From positions 62,001 to 126,000 of the forward strand of contig NMRA01000449.1 of the NCBI GenBank assembly GCA_002633005.1: a DNA stretch of 64,000 bases, written 5' to 3'. This DNA comes from Phoronis australis. Taxonomy: Eukaryota; Animalia; Phoronida. The translations under genes were made by a program, and so were the position numbers. Position 1 is the stretch's first letter. The number at the start of each line of letters is the position of its first letter. The notes below the pieces were generated by a model. The model was not told the origin of the DNA and ran no database searches. It was given only the letters and a program-made list of their open reading frames with translations. Positions 1 to 14,020 of this stretch are shown here, piece by piece.

Positions 1-1319
1 ATTTTGTATCAATTTACATTGAGTAGTTACACTCGATAACAGAAAGTTCAGTTCATTTACCTGAAACCAGTCGGCAGACGGAGGTGATGAAATTAACCAA
101 TGACGACATAGGTTCTTACAGTCTACTCAGCAGTTCACAAGATGCTTACTGGAGTCAGCTTATGGCTTGAATTCATCGTTTTATACCAATGAATCGTCAA
201 AATTTGATGTAAAACCCTCACGAATGCATTGAGTTTTAAAACAAGTGAGTTGTTTTATTTCGCTGTTACGAATTTATAGAAATTTTGAACGTACCGTAGC
301 CTATAAAGTTCCGTAGACCAACTTACCGAGGTCGGTCGTCGGAAGTTTGGAGTCTGTTCGGTTATAAAGGAGAATTGTTGTTCCGTGAAATACAAACAGA
401 CAGACAGGAGAGCATAACCGTGTGTTGTAATTTTTAGATGAGATTTTTTCAGTTCTAAATACACAAGGCTCGGTATAACGTAATAGTTCGCTGGAACCCG
501 ATCAGCGGTCGGACTGGAAACATTACGAACATAAACTAGCCGAGTTAGTCGGCTGCGAAAGTTGAAAACTAAACTACCAGTCACATAAAGAATAGACTAC
601 TGAACCAAAGAAATAATTTGCACGGGAATGTTTAGGTGAATTCAGTCGCCGCGAAACTGCAAATCTACGCACTCGTCTGGGGTCGTGCCAAGCCAGGTTT
701 CCTTTAACCGTACAGTGAAAACTAGGTGTACAATAACAATGATTTGAATAACGTATATATATCTAAATGAAGATTCCTCTAACATCTGACCATAGCATAT
801 AAATTCGAGTGATAGTTTCACAACAGCTGTCTGCAAGCAAACACTGAATTAGCATGGTCAATTTGCATCTGAAGCCGATAACACAGTATGATTTATTCAC
901 TGTTGATTTCTCTAAACATTTGCATTCACAAATTGCATCTACTGAGACAGACTTTGACAATTTGTTGCAGTTTTATATAGACATTGGTTAGGGCGGGAAT
1001 AATTCACAGACAAGGAGATACTTCACGGCCTCATACTTTCGGTATTAAGGCGTACTTTTCGTTCTTTACTGCCGGGAGCCACTTCGATTTACCCGCTTTC
1101 CTCGCAACGGGAACACAAGCGGGAACAATACGCCACACCATAGCGGCACACACTCGACTGAAGTACCACTGACGTCGGTGGGTCGTGTAGGCTTACTCAT
1201 CTTCCTCACAGATTAACGCGACACCTTTCAGCGAGGTGAGATCAACCGTATACGATGTAGTGTGGATAAAGAATGGTTAAGACGTAACAAAAACTAATTA
1301 AATCGGGCGGCATTCTTCT
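1..1319 (-). mobile_element. Non-autonomous Kolobok-like DNA transposon copy (left end off-window) with degenerate THAP remnant
   Basis: Colinear similarity to the element at 42518-44014. Terminus GGCGGCATTCTTCT is followed by TTAG (TTAA variant). Minus strand ~1010-1145 gives IVPAC..RKAG..WLPAVKNEKYA..YEAVK. Confidence 0.7.
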
Positions 1320-2462
1320 TTAGCGTCTTTGAAATTATGCAATGAGACGAACAAATCGAGTCAACTGTCGACCTTCGTTATCTCGTTACAAGAAGGGTTC
1401 CGGATCCTGTCTAAAACCTTAATTGTAATCGAAGTTCGCTGTAACCAAATCAAGTTTTTAGAGAAAGTAAAAGCGATAGATTATTGGCAAGATGAAGAAA
1501 ATCCGTGAAATTTCTGAAGTCTTATTTTTGACACCAAAACACGCGACAGAAAACTACAGGCACCTTAATTCTTCTACAATACAGCAAAGAAGGAAAATTA
1601 AAAGCTGCATTCGCCTTGTTTAGCTGGATATAGAACGAAAATCGAATTAGGGTCTGTTTGCGGAATTTCCAGTAGGACTCTTTTAAACTTAGGGATCTGA
1701 TTTACATGACTTGTAATACTTTCGTACAGTGTATTAGGCTAACAATGCTTTGCTGTACCTGTTCTTTAATTTTTCTGACACCCCAAATCTGAAGTACCTA
1801 AAGACTAAGAACAAACGAAAAAGCGAATTAGTTAAACTTACCTGCTACCACGCCCGTCTATGGGGTAAATCACTAAGAGTTGGCAAAACAATCACGCTAA
1901 CGCTCGCATGCAAACGCTATTGCTGAGGGAACGAAGTTTGAACTACTAAGCTACAGATGTCACATGGCGTGATCAAGATTAGCTCTAAATTAATATTTTA
2001 GTTTGAAATCAAATTGTAACGGTCGAAGCTCCCACAAGGACAAATGAATATTTTATAAAACTAACATTTACCAATGCTTCTATGCTTGATTTCAGAGCGG
2101 CGAAAACAAAACAAGGTCTGATTAGTAATCTATAATGTGCTCGTAAGCGTAAAACATAAAAAAATCCTCGTCGACTGCTCAATGAACGTCAGCCACATTT
2201 AAGGTATATTCTAGACGAGAAATGTAAGAGTGCAGAAGTTAACCGTAGCTCGGAATCTCACCAGCTTGCTACGCCGAACCCCCTGTCGCTGAGCAAGATA
2301 TCAAGATGTTAAAGGCATCGGCCTTGATTTAAGCTAATGTCTGGGAGACAACGGCAAGAATTGTTAATTTGTAATAAAACCACAGAAACACTTCCGTTTT
2401 GTTGTTTTTTATGGCTCTGTTTCATGAAAGGCGACTTAAGATTTAAGACGTTTAAGTCTTAA

Positions 2463-2725
2463 AAGGATACTAATCCCTAAATGATTTCACCCAATCATCT
2501 TTATGTCAACCAAAAACTCACACTACCTGCGTTACAGATTGGACATTATGGTTCTTGGTGGATGATCTTTTCCCACAGTTGCCGTGTACATGTAGGTTAT
2601 TTAGTCTGCCCATTTGGCAGACTTTGAACGTTTGAGGATTGTCGAGGATTACACAGCATTGGTTTGTGAATGGGGAAGTCGTTTTTAGTATCTGATAATA
2701 GGCCAAATCAGGGCTTGGCATCCTT
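2463..2725. mobile_element. TTAA-flanked MITE (Kolobok-like), copy 1
   Basis: ttaa|AAGGATAC...GCATCCTT|ttaa; similar to 2862-3212. Confidence 0.7.
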
Positions 2726-2861
2726 TTAAGTCATACAAGACCAAATGACCACAAATCTATCTAAATTAACATCAAAATTAGGTCTAAGTTAAGATCGAAG
2801 ACGAACATTTAGAAACGACAGCTTGTCGTACACAAAATTGGATTTTTCTCATCGGTCTTAA

Positions 2862-3212
2862 AAGGATACTGAACACTGATTTCCACCAATCCTCGTTCTG
2901 TCACCTGCTAATGCATCATTGGCGTCAACCTTCCTAGTTAAAGGCTGAAATCAACGACAGACTCATACTCCTTACGTCACAGCTTGGACATTACTGTCAT
3001 TGGTGGATGTCTTTTCCCACAGTTGTCGCGTAATTCCCTAAAAGCGTAGGTCACACTTGTCCGCTTAGCAGACTTTGAAAGGAGTTTTTAAAATTTCACT
3101 CAAAATTTTGTGGGTTATCGAGGGTTACAGAGCATTATTTTGTTTCAGAGAACTGGATAGGAAAGTTGCATTTAGTATCTGTTAACAGGACAAAACCGGA
3201 CTTGGTATCCTT
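2862..3212. mobile_element. TTAA-flanked MITE (Kolobok-like), copy 2
   Basis: ttaa|AAGGATAC...GTATCCTT|ttaa. Confidence 0.7.
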
Positions 3213-4559
3213 TTAACTTAGACATAAACTAAGTCACATTTTGACATAGGTGAGCACACAAACAACGCATTCGCCACCTGTTGCGAACTCTAAGCAAAGC
3301 GGTGTGTGAAATACGACTTCAAGAATAATCTTGGACTTGAAACTCTAACTGGGTAATTATTTAAATGCTTGGATACAGTTGTGATCTCGTTTGCTTGTAA
3401 GCACCCAGATATGGCTGGAAAATATCTTTTCGCATGTGCCGGTAAGTCGCCCTTCATAGTCTGTACGGTCTTCAATTTGTAGGGACAATAGATTGCAAAA
3501 ATATCCATGAAATTTGTTCCTCAAAAGTTTACAGTGATAACAGTAATGCTTTTTGGTCATTTAGACCAAAGTCCAATCTTAAGTCTACCCCGTAGTCAGG
3601 CTAACTTTCGGTCTTAATGTCGGTCGTAAGATCTTTCATGAAACGGGGCTAAGACATCTTGGTCCTAAGTTAGCTCGATTTTGGTCTGAGTTAAGACAGA
3701 AAAAGTTTCATGAAACGAGCCCCTGGTCAAAGCTGACAACTTCAAAAACTCTATTCCACGTAACAACAATCACCAAAATGCGTTTTTTGTCCGTAAAATG
3801 AACAATCTCTCTTAAAGGTATTCATTGTACTTTTCAAAACGTAATGAAAGTAAACATCTATTTGCATTTGCATGAGCCCATACCACCACTTACATGTACC
3901 GTCGTGACTGTATGCCGGAGTAGCCAAAGAAATAATAATTAAAGGATTGGGACAAACTGAGAATTACACCTCATTGTAATGCGAAAGGAAACAACAAACA
4001 GGCCAGTCGTCTCAAAAAGTTGTTAATTTCATTAAAGCTTGTAAACATGAAGTGAAATTTTCATTTCAGAGAAAGAACGAAATAGCTACATTCTGCCCAG
4101 AATGCATTGCGCTCTAGTCACCCTTACACCCGTACACAAAGGAGTGAGGGAATTAATTTGGGCCACTAACTAAATTTCATAGACAAAAGAAAATCGTACT
4201 CACTCATAAAAGCAACCCTTCAAAATAAGTAGAATTCAGATGAGAGACAATCCTAAATGGATTGATTAGTTTCTGATTTTTGTACAAGTTCTCAAACATG
4301 TGGCGTAAAGGAAACTTTAATCTATTTAACGCTATACCAAGATGTCAGTGCGAATGTTTTCTAGGAATAATTTTATCATTTAGTTTGAGGCCTCAGAATG
4401 GAGCCATACATGTATCGGATTACTAAAAGACGAGGTTGACGTTTTTTGATTAAAAAATCCTGCTCCGTTCTGGTGACCAAGTTGAAAGTTTATTCAAGAC
4501 GTGTTGTAGTTGCATCGATATCTCGGGGCTGGCTCATGCAAGTGGGCAAAAGGTGCCAT

Positions 4560-5013
4560 ATTATTTGCATGATGGTATGTACTACATGACAGGTGATCAG
4601 GAAGGTCATTGACATAAATTAGGAAGAGAAGAGGGCTTAAGGCGTTACCTTGTAGCACACCTGAGTTTACGAACCCTGAAGAAGATGCTGAAAAACAACG
4701 CCATCAAGAACACTGTGTGTACGTGCACGATCAGGGAGATACGAAGTGGTGATATTTAGAAGATTTCCAGTTATCTCATACAATTGGAATTTTTGGAGTA
4801 GAAAGTCCAGAGGAACACAAGAAGGATGACCCTGGCACTCTCACCCTTCTCAAAATGTACACGAATCTCATGTACTATTGCAACAAGTTGTGCCAATCCA
4901 AATTGGCGATGGTAAATCAAATTGTTTTGTTTGCGAAATGTAAGGGCAGTTTGAACAATAATTTTCTCGAAGATTTTGGATGGGGTGTTAAAGTTATAGG
5001 ACTTTATCGACAA
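4560..5013 (-). mobile_element. Degenerate CR1-group LINE RT fragment
   Basis: Minus-strand translations SKIFEKII..NNLIYHRQFG and SGVLQGNALSPLLFLIYVNDLP. Confidence 0.7.
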
Positions 5014-5050
5014 GTCTGTGCACTTAGCAAAATATCTAGAAAACCATAGA

Positions 5051-5402
5051 TTTTAACCTAGTAAACTATATATTTTAACCTAGTAAACTATATATTTTAA
5101 CCTAGTAAACTATATATTTTAACCTAGTAAACTATATATTTTAACCTAGCAAACTATATATTTTAACCTAGTAAACTATATATTTTAACCTAGTAAACTA
5201 TACATTTTAACCTAGTAAACTATACATTTTAACCTAGTAAACTATAGATTTTAACCTAGTAAACTATATATTTTAACCTAGTAAACTATATATTTTAACC
5301 TAGTAAACTATATATTTTAACCTAGTAAACTATATATTTTAACCTAGTAAACTATATATTTTAACCTAGTAAACTATATATTTTAACCTAGTAAACTATA
5401 TA
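5051..5402. repeat. 22-bp minisatellite, 16 copies
   Basis: Unit TTTTAACCTAGTAAACTATATA, head-to-tail, near-perfect, no spacers. Confidence 0.95.
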
Positions 5403-6330
5403 TTTTCAGAAAATAGAAAGCCAGTAGAATTTTTGACTTTTTACCAATCAGCTATTAAGTGGGTCACGTGACCATCTTTATCAAAACGGAAAGTTACGTT
5501 GACAGCAAGACAACGGTATCAATAAAATGATCAAATTTTAGTTGATATAAATGTTCAAGATGAGATATAAAAACGCTGCTGCAGTTTTCTTAAATCTCCT
5601 TTCGTTAAAAGTTCAAGGTTAGATATGGAAAATGCTGTTATAGTTTTCTAACATATCATTAGTTTTCTTGCTATATTAAACATTTTTCATGAAAATCATA
5701 AAAAGGCATATTGTTTTATAGCACCTCAAGCAAAAACGTAACATTTTAAAAAGTCGGAACAGTGTTTTTGAGAACGGTGCATAAAGTAAAGTATCAAAAA
5801 TTTCCGATCAGCCATTTTTGAGATATGGTGGTTTGAAATCAGCCAAATTTCGCCATTCTTATAGAGTCCTGCATAAGGTTATATAGAGTTATGAGGCGAT
5901 AGTTAGAAATTTCCGTTTTCTTAAATCATTTATTTATATATAGGAACCATAATTCCATGTTTTCAAGTAGACGAATACGTACCTAGCTTAAGGAGTATTT
6001 AAATAGGTTTGTTAGAGGCGTGGTAAGTTCGTTGGCAATCATTCTGATCATACTGTTGGAGACGTGAGCTGTGCCATCGTATTTTTTGGGGTCAGTTTCA
6101 TGGAGGTACTTGCAAACATCGGTTTGGTGAGCCAGGATGTCAGAGAGCTGGTCGAGACATCGTTCTTGGAGATAGGGAAATTTACCTACTTCTGTCGGTG
6201 TAATGTGAATTCAAACTTCTGCAGAACTTTTGAGAGTTGGCGAAGATTTCAGATCGTCATTTCGTTTCAAAGATGATAATAATCTTGTAGTAGTTTTAGC
6301 TATAACGTGACTATATCTGATAACAGATAC

Positions 6331-8480
6331 TTATTTATTTATTTATTTATTGTGATACTTAAAATGAGGGTGGCCTCTTCAGAGATAGCACTGCTTTTCA
6401 AGAGTGCCCTCAACAACAAAAAAGTAATATAATACAAGGAAGTAATAAAACAACAATTAAATATACGTAATAAAGATACATTTAAAACAGGTTGAGAATT
6501 AAGACAATAAATAAATGACGAAGAATGGTGAAAATTTAACTAATAGAGATGAAATAAATAAAGAGATGACTCTAAACAGTGAGAGTATTTACGACAATGA
6601 AAGAATGACATGATTAAGACAGGTAGGGTATAAAAGGTTAAGTAAATTACAGCCACTTTTTTAATATTACGTTTGAAAGTATCAATTAAATTGGACAGTT
6701 TAATTTCTGGGCTAAGAGAATTCCATATTGTAGCAGCAGCAAACATAAAAGGTCTCTTTCCGGTCTCGATTTTAATTTTTTAAAAGAAACATTTCCAGTA
6801 ACAGAAGAGCGTGTAGAATGTACAGCTTGACTGCTATTGAATTTTCGGTTGAGATATGCTAGAGCCAAGCCGTGATTACGGTTGAGTAGTCAGAAAGAAT
6901 ACCACCGTATTTGGTGGCCTGCTTACGGTCGTATAAGTAGTTTTTAAACCAAAGGAGTTCGTTATCATTAACTCCATAAGACTCTAGTTTCTGTAATAGA
7001 ATACCATGGTCCACAGTGTCAAAGGCTTTCTTAAGGTCAACAAATACAGCACCAGTAAGCCTCCTCTGATCCATATTATTAAAATAAACTCAGTAGCATG
7101 AATATTTGTAGTCAAAGTGGAATGCAAGGGACGGAAACCTGCCGAGAGAAGAGAATTTTGCTCCAGGAATTGCTGAAGCTGCTTTTGGACACACCTTTCA
7201 AGAATTTTGGACACTGCAGAGAGGACCGATATCCGTCTATAATTCTCGCAACTGGACTTTTCACCATCTTTAAAAACAGGAGTAACAACCGCCATCTTCC
7301 ATTCTCTAGGAATTGTGGCCGTTTTTAAACTTAAATTCATGATACTCGTAAGGGGCTCAGCTATTTGCTGAGACGCCAGTTTTAATAATTTGGCATCAAT
7401 GCTATCCATGCGACTGACACTACTAGTGTTCAGAGTTTTCATTTGTTCTCGGACGTAGCCTACTTGAATGTCTTGAAACTTAAATGATATTCCCTCCTGT
7501 ATCTTAGGCTTGAGCTCTATAGTTGACATACTGATTTTTTTCAGCACGTTTTTGGCCAATTCCAGTAAAAAGTCATTAAATGCATTCGCTATTTTACTTT
7601 TGTCCGAAACAACATCGTTACCAGTTAGAAATTCATTTGCGACAGACTTGGACTTGTTAGGTAAAATTGATTTCATGATTTTCCAGAGAGTTTTTCCGTT
7701 AGATTTGTTTTCATTAATGACTTGGTCGTAAAACTCAACCTTAGACCGTTTAAGAGCATTGTTTACCTTATTTCTAGCTTTCTTAAAGATACCCCAGTCA
7801 GAAGAATTTCGAGTACGCTGAGCTATTCGCTTCAGGTAGTCTCTCTTGCGAGAGAGAGCTATGAGATTATCATTATACCACTCGGGTGATTTGCCCTTTA
7901 ATTTCAATTGGATCACGGGAGCATGATTATTAATTACTCCAGTGAAACTTTGCTTGAAAATCGTCCAAGCAGCATCGGGGTCAACAGTGGCGGTAACGGC
8001 GCCCCAATCAATCGCCTGTAGGTCTTTGAGAAAGTCTTCGTCATCGTAGGTGCAATATGAACGCTTGGTAATGACACATGGCGGAAATCTAGGGCGACAA
8101 GCCTTATACGCTGTGAATACAAGATTATGATCTCTAATCCCAATGGGTATACTATCAAACCTTGTGAACGTTTGATACAAGAATAAGCTCAAGGCACGTG
8201 GAAGTTTTGTCGGTAACCCTTGTGGGCACGTTAATAATATTCTGCATACCCAACTCTCGTTCCTATGCCCTAATCTTACACAATGCATCATAATTAAAAT
8301 CACCAGTAACAATAAAATCTTTGCTAGTGTGAGCTTGATTATGAACCATACTTTTTAAACGTTCAGTCAAATTTTCTGTGTACTCTGCGTTCGCAGAGGG
8401 GGGTGTGTAGACTGATCCAAAAATTAAGTTCTTCGATTTAGGGATGCCAATCTAAACCCAGAACGATTCCACCTGCAGTT
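6331..8480 (-). mobile_element. 5'-truncated CR1-group (L2/Crack-like) LINE, copy 1, with internal RT deletion
   Basis: APE-endonuclease remnant, linker, RT motifs WKMAVVTPVFK and FVDLKKAFDTVDH; (TAAA)n tail at 6331-6350; frameshifts. Confidence 0.9.
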
Positions 8481-10373
8481 TATGTAGGATCCTACAAAAA
8501 TAGTTATCATTAGATTCTTATGAAACTTTCAGATACTACGCTTTATGCATTACTTTCTACAACTCCAGGAACTGTTTTTAAGATGTTCCACTTTCATATG
8601 AGGGGCTATCAAAAATAGGACCTCTGTGAATATATGAAAAAAATGATGTTGCATAAAATGATAACGTAAAGGTAATTTAGAAAACGACAACAACGTTTTT
8701 GAAATTTCACTCTGCATATTTACATAAAAAAATTTGGTTTATGTTGTTGGTACCGTTTTTTTGCTATGAATTTTATTGTACCTTTCATTTCTGTAAAATT
8801 TTACTACAAGTTATGGTCACCTGACGCAATTAATGACAGATTGATATAAAGCAAAAATCATTTTCCACAGGTTTCTTACCTTTAGAAAATACGTACTTTT
8901 ACTGTGTTTTGTGGCGGTGAACAGGATTGCTCATCCATGAGCAACCCTGCCCATGTGGCACTTACTAAGCCACAACACCACGTTCCTTACAATATCTCTT
9001 TTTATCACTCCGGCTGGTCTGCTCACTCAGCTTGTCCAGAACCCTGCTTTGCAGGTTGTTATAGCCCAGTTGGCTGTTTGGTGTACCCACTTGGTACTTT
9101 ATATGATATATGTCCATTTGGCAGTTTGTACCCATTTAGTACTTGTTATTGAATTTGCCGTTTGGCTCGACCCAGTTGGTAGGCAATCGGCCAATACCAA
9201 TTTGGTATTATGCACCCATTTGGTATTATGTACCCATTTGGTACTATGTTAACCTGGGTCACTTAGTATCCGATACTCAATTACACTTTGGGTATCGGAA
9301 ATGTGTGTGTAACCTCTTGTAATTAAGGAACCCTTCTGGTTCCTTCTGTAAAATATTTATTTGTAGAGCTGTGTCCCTGAAATTCCCAATACAACTCCTA
9401 GTTAGTTCCTACCATGTCCGATGGTAGCGCTGTTGTTCTTTCTCTCCAGCTTCCTGTCGGCCCAGCCTCAAGCAACAGTACATTCACTCGTAAGTTTTCC
9501 TAATTAGACAGTTTGATACCTCTCCCACCCTCCCTACCCTGGGTTCCNGCAAGACAACGGTATCAATAAAATGATCAAATTTTAGTTGATATAAATGTTC
9601 AAGATGAGATATAAAAACGCTGCTACAGTTTTCTTAAATCTCCTTTCGTTAAAAGTTCAAGGTTAGATATGGAAAATGCTGTTATAGTTTTCTAACATAT
9701 TATTAGTTTTCTTGCTACATTAAAGATTTTTCATGAAAATCACAAAAAGGCATATTGTTTGATAGCACCTCAAGCAAAAATGAAACATTTAAAAAAGCCC
9801 GTACAGTGCTTTTGAGAACGGTGCACAAAGTAAAGTATCAAAAATTTCCGATCAGTCATTTTTGAGATATGGTGGTTTGAAATCAGCCAAATTTCGCCAT
9901 TCTTTAAGAGTCCTGCATAAGGTTATATAGAGTTATGAGACGATAGTTAGAAATTTCCGTTTTCTTAAATCATTTATTTATGTATAGGAACCATAATTCC
10001 ATGTTTTCAAGTAGACGAATACGTACCTAGCTGAAGAAGTATTTAAACAGGTTTGTTAGAGGCGTTGTAAGTTCGTTGGCAATCATTCTGATCATACTGT
10101 TGGAGACGTGAGCTGTGCCATCGTATTTGTTGGGGTCAGTTTCATGGAGGTACTTGCAAACATCGGTTTGGTGAGCCAGGATGTCAGAGAGCTGGTCGAA
10201 ACATCGTTCTTGGAGAAAGGGAAATTTACGTACTCCTGTCGGTGTAATTTGAATTCAAACTTCTGCAGAACTTTTGAGAGTTGGCGAAGATTTCAGATCA
10301 TCATTTCGTTTCAAAGATGATAATAATCTTGTCGTAGTTTTAGCTATAACGTGACTATATCTGATAACAGATA

Positions 10374-13230
10374 TTTATTTATTTATTTATTTACTTTATT
10401 TATTTATTGTGATACTTAAAATGAGGGTGGCCTCTTCAGTTATAGCACTGCTTTTCAAGAGGGCCCTCAACAACAAAAAAGTAATATAATACAAGGAAGT
10501 AATAAAACAACAATTAAATATACGTAACAAAGATACATTTAAAACAGGTTGAGAATTAAGACAATAAATATATGACGAAGAATGGTGAAAATTTAACTAA
10601 GAGAGATGAAATAAATAAAGAAATGACTCTAAACAGTGAGAGTATTTACGACAATGAAAGAATGACATGATTAAGACTGGTAGGGTGTAAAAGGTTAAGT
10701 AAATTACAGCCACTTTTTAATATTACGTTTGAAAGTATCAATTAAATCGGACTGTTTAATTTCTGTGGGCTAAGAGAATTCCATATTGTAGCAGCAGCAA
10801 ACATAAAAGATCTCTTGCCGGTCTCGATTTTAATTTTGTTAAAAGAAACATTTCCAGTAACAGAAGAGCGTGTAGAATATACAGCTTGACTGCAATTGAA
10901 TTTTCGGTTGAGATATGCTGGAGCCAAGCCATTGATACATCTTTACGTACAACAAGCAGAGAGATGTTTACTTATTTGTCTTACATTCATAAATCCCAGC
11001 TTGGAATACAAGTCATCGACCTTGGTGTTCCTAATTCTAGTACCCAGGATAGCCCTGGCGGCTCTATTTTGGACTACTTGGATTTTGCTGACAAGTGTAT
11101 TACTGGTATGCACCCAAACCGGTAAACAATAATCATTATGAGGCCGAATAATAGAATGGTAAGGTGTATTAAGAGTACTGACATTAAGAAAATTGTCTAG
11201 ACGTTTAAGTACACCGATTTTCTTTGATAATTTCTTTTTGATGTGATCTATGTGGTTATTAAATTTAAGATTGAGATCTAAAATAAGGCCCAATTACTTA
11301 AACTTGTCAATATTCTCGATGGGAGAACCGTTGATAGAAAGAGACAGTTTTTGTTGTTTTAATTTCTGCTGGGCTCCCAACAGCATCGACTTGGTTTTGC
11401 TAACGTTAAGAGTGAGTTTATTTTGAATCAGCCAGTCATGGATAAGGGGTAGCTCATTGTTGAGAGAAGTTTCGAGTTCTTTTACTAATCCAGCTGTGGA
11501 CATAATTACAGTGTTATCAGCATATAAAACTGGGACACTGTTGTGGAGGACAGTAGGGAGGTCGTTAACAAAAATAGTTAATAATAGAGGGCCTAGAATG
11601 GAACCCTGAGGTGCGCCCGTGATTACAGTTGAGTAGTCAGAAAGAATACCACCGTATTTGGTGGCATGCTTACGGTCGTATAAGTAGTTTTTAAACCAAA
11701 GGAGTTCGTTATCATTAACTCCATAAGACTCTAGTTTCTGTAATAGAATACCATGGTCCACAGTGTCAAAGGCTTTCTTAAGGTCAACAAATACAGCACC
11801 AGTAAGCCTCCGCTGATCCATATTATTAAAATAAACTCAGTAGCAGGAATATTTGTAGTCAGAGTGGAATGCAAGGGACGGAAACCTGCCGAGAGAAGAG
11901 AATTTTGCTCCAGGAATTGCTGAAGCTGCTTTTGGACACACCTTTCAAGAATTTTGGACACTGCAGAGAGGACCGATATCGGTCTATAATTCTCGAAACT
12001 GGACTCTTCACCATCTTTAAAAACACGAGTAACAACCGCCATCTTCCATTCTCTAGGAATTGTGGCAGTTTTTAAACTTAAGTTCATGATACACGGTAAG
12101 GGGCTCAGCTATTTGCTGAGACGCCAGTTTTAATAGTTTGGCATCAATGCTATCGATGCCACTGGCACTACTAGAGTTCAGAGTTTTCATTTGTTCTCCG
12201 ACGTAGTCGACTTGAATGTCTTGAAACTTAAATGATATTCCCTCCCGTATCTTAGGCTGGAGCTGAATAGTTGACATACTGATTTTTTCAGCAAGTTTTT
12301 GGCCAATTCCAGTAAAAAGTCATTAAATGCATTTGCTATTTTACTTTTGTCCGAAACAACATCGTTACCAATTAGAAATTCATTTGCGACAGACTTGGAC
12401 TTGTTAGGTAAAGTTGATTTTACGATTTTCCAGAGAATTTTTCCGTTAGATTTGTTTTCATTAATAACTTGGTCGTAATACTCAGCCTGAGCCCGTTTAA
12501 GAGCATTGTTTACCATATTTCTAGCTTTCTTAAAGATACTCCATTCAGATGAATTTCGAGTACGCTGAGCTATTCTTTTCAGGTAGTCTCTCTTGCGAGA
12601 GAGAGCTATGAGATTATCATTATACCACTCGGGTGATTTAATTTTAATTTCAATTGGATTACGGGGGCATGATTATTAATTACTCCAATGAAACTTTGCT
12701 TGAAAATCGTCCAAGCAGCATCGGGGTCAACAGCGGCGGTATCGGCGCCCCAATCAATTGCCTGTAGGTCTCTGAGAAAGTCTTCGTTATCGAAGGTGCG
12801 ATATGAACGCTTGGTAATGATAAATGGCGGAAATCTAGGGCGACAAGTCTTATACGCTCTGAATACGAGATTATGATCGCTAATCCCAATGGGTATACTA
12901 TCAAACTTAAAAACTTTGTGAACGTTTAATACAAGCATAAGCTCAAGGCACGTTGAAGTTTTGTCTGTAACCCTTGTGGGCACGTTAATAATATTCTGCA
13001 TACCCAACTCTCGTTCCTATGCCCTAATCTTACACAATGCATCATAATTAAAATCACCAGTAACAATAAAATCTTTGCTAGTGTGAGCTTGATTATGAAC
13101 CATACTTTTCAAATGTTCAGTCAAATTTTCTATGTACTTTGCGTTCGCAGAGGGTGGTCTGTAGACTGATCCAAAAATTAAGTTCTTCGATTTAGGGATG
13201 CCAATCTAAACCCAGAGCTATTCCACATAA
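10374..13230 (-). mobile_element. 5'-truncated CR1-group (L2/Crack-like) LINE, copy 2
   Basis: NYRPISVL, DLKKAFDTVDH, PQGSILGPLL, YADN (YADD mutated); (TAAA)n tail; stops and frameshifts. Confidence 0.9.
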
Positions 13231-13950
13231 AGTTTATGTAGGATCCTACAAAAATAATTATCATTAGATTCTTATGAAACTTTCAGATACTACGCTTTAT
13301 GCATTACTTTTTTCAACTCCAGGAAGTGTTTTTGAGATGTACCACTTTTATATGAGGGGCTATCAAAAATAGGACCTCTGTGAATATATGAAAAAAATGA
13401 TGTTGCATAAAACGATAACGTAAAGGTAATTTAGAAAACGACAACAGCGTTTTTGAAATTTCACTCTGTATATTTACATAAAAGAAGTTTGGTTTATGTT
13501 GTTGGTACCGTTTCTTTGCTATGAATTTTATTGTACCTTTCATTTCTGTAAAATTTTATTACAAGTTATGGTCACCTGACGCAATTAATGACAGATTGAT
13601 ATAAAGCAAAAATCAAATTCTACAGGTTTATTACCTTTAGACAATACGTACTTTTACTGAGTTTTGTGGCTATGGACAGGATTGCTCATCCATGAACAAC
13701 CCTGCCCATGTGGCACATACTGAGCCACAACACCACGTTCTTTACAATTTCTCTTTTTATCACTCCGACTGGTCTGCTCACTCAGCTTGTCCGGAACCCT
13801 GCTTTACAGGTTGTTATAGCCCAGTTGGCTGTTTGGTGTACCCACTTGGTACTTTATATGATATTTGCCCATTTGGCAGTTTGTACCCATTTAGTACTTG
13901 TTATTGAATTTGCCGTTTGGCTCGACCCAGCTGGTAGGCAATCGGCCAAT

Positions 13951-14020
13951 ACCCATTTGGTATTATGTACTCATTTGGTATTATGTACCCATTTGGTATT
14001 ATGTACCCATTTGGTACTAT
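13951..14020. repeat. 18-bp tandem repeat (also ~9195-9250)
   Basis: Unit TGTACCCATTTGGTATTA, giving the THLVLC repeats in the ORF track. Confidence 0.8.

Larger units (their letters stand above)
2413..3722. mobile_element. TIR element (PIF/Harbinger-like MITE or remnant) hosting two nested MITEs
   Basis: Ends GGCTCTGTTTCATGAAA / TTTCATGAAACGAGCCC. Its right half matches ~49400-49930. Superfamily inferred from the TIR only. Confidence 0.5.

Noticed and set aside
5051-5402. CRISPR-like array
   Set aside because: No unique spacers, no cas genes, eukaryotic context; it is a minisatellite.
6984-8312. 442-aa ORF as a host gene
   Set aside because: It is part of a frameshifted LINE ORF2.
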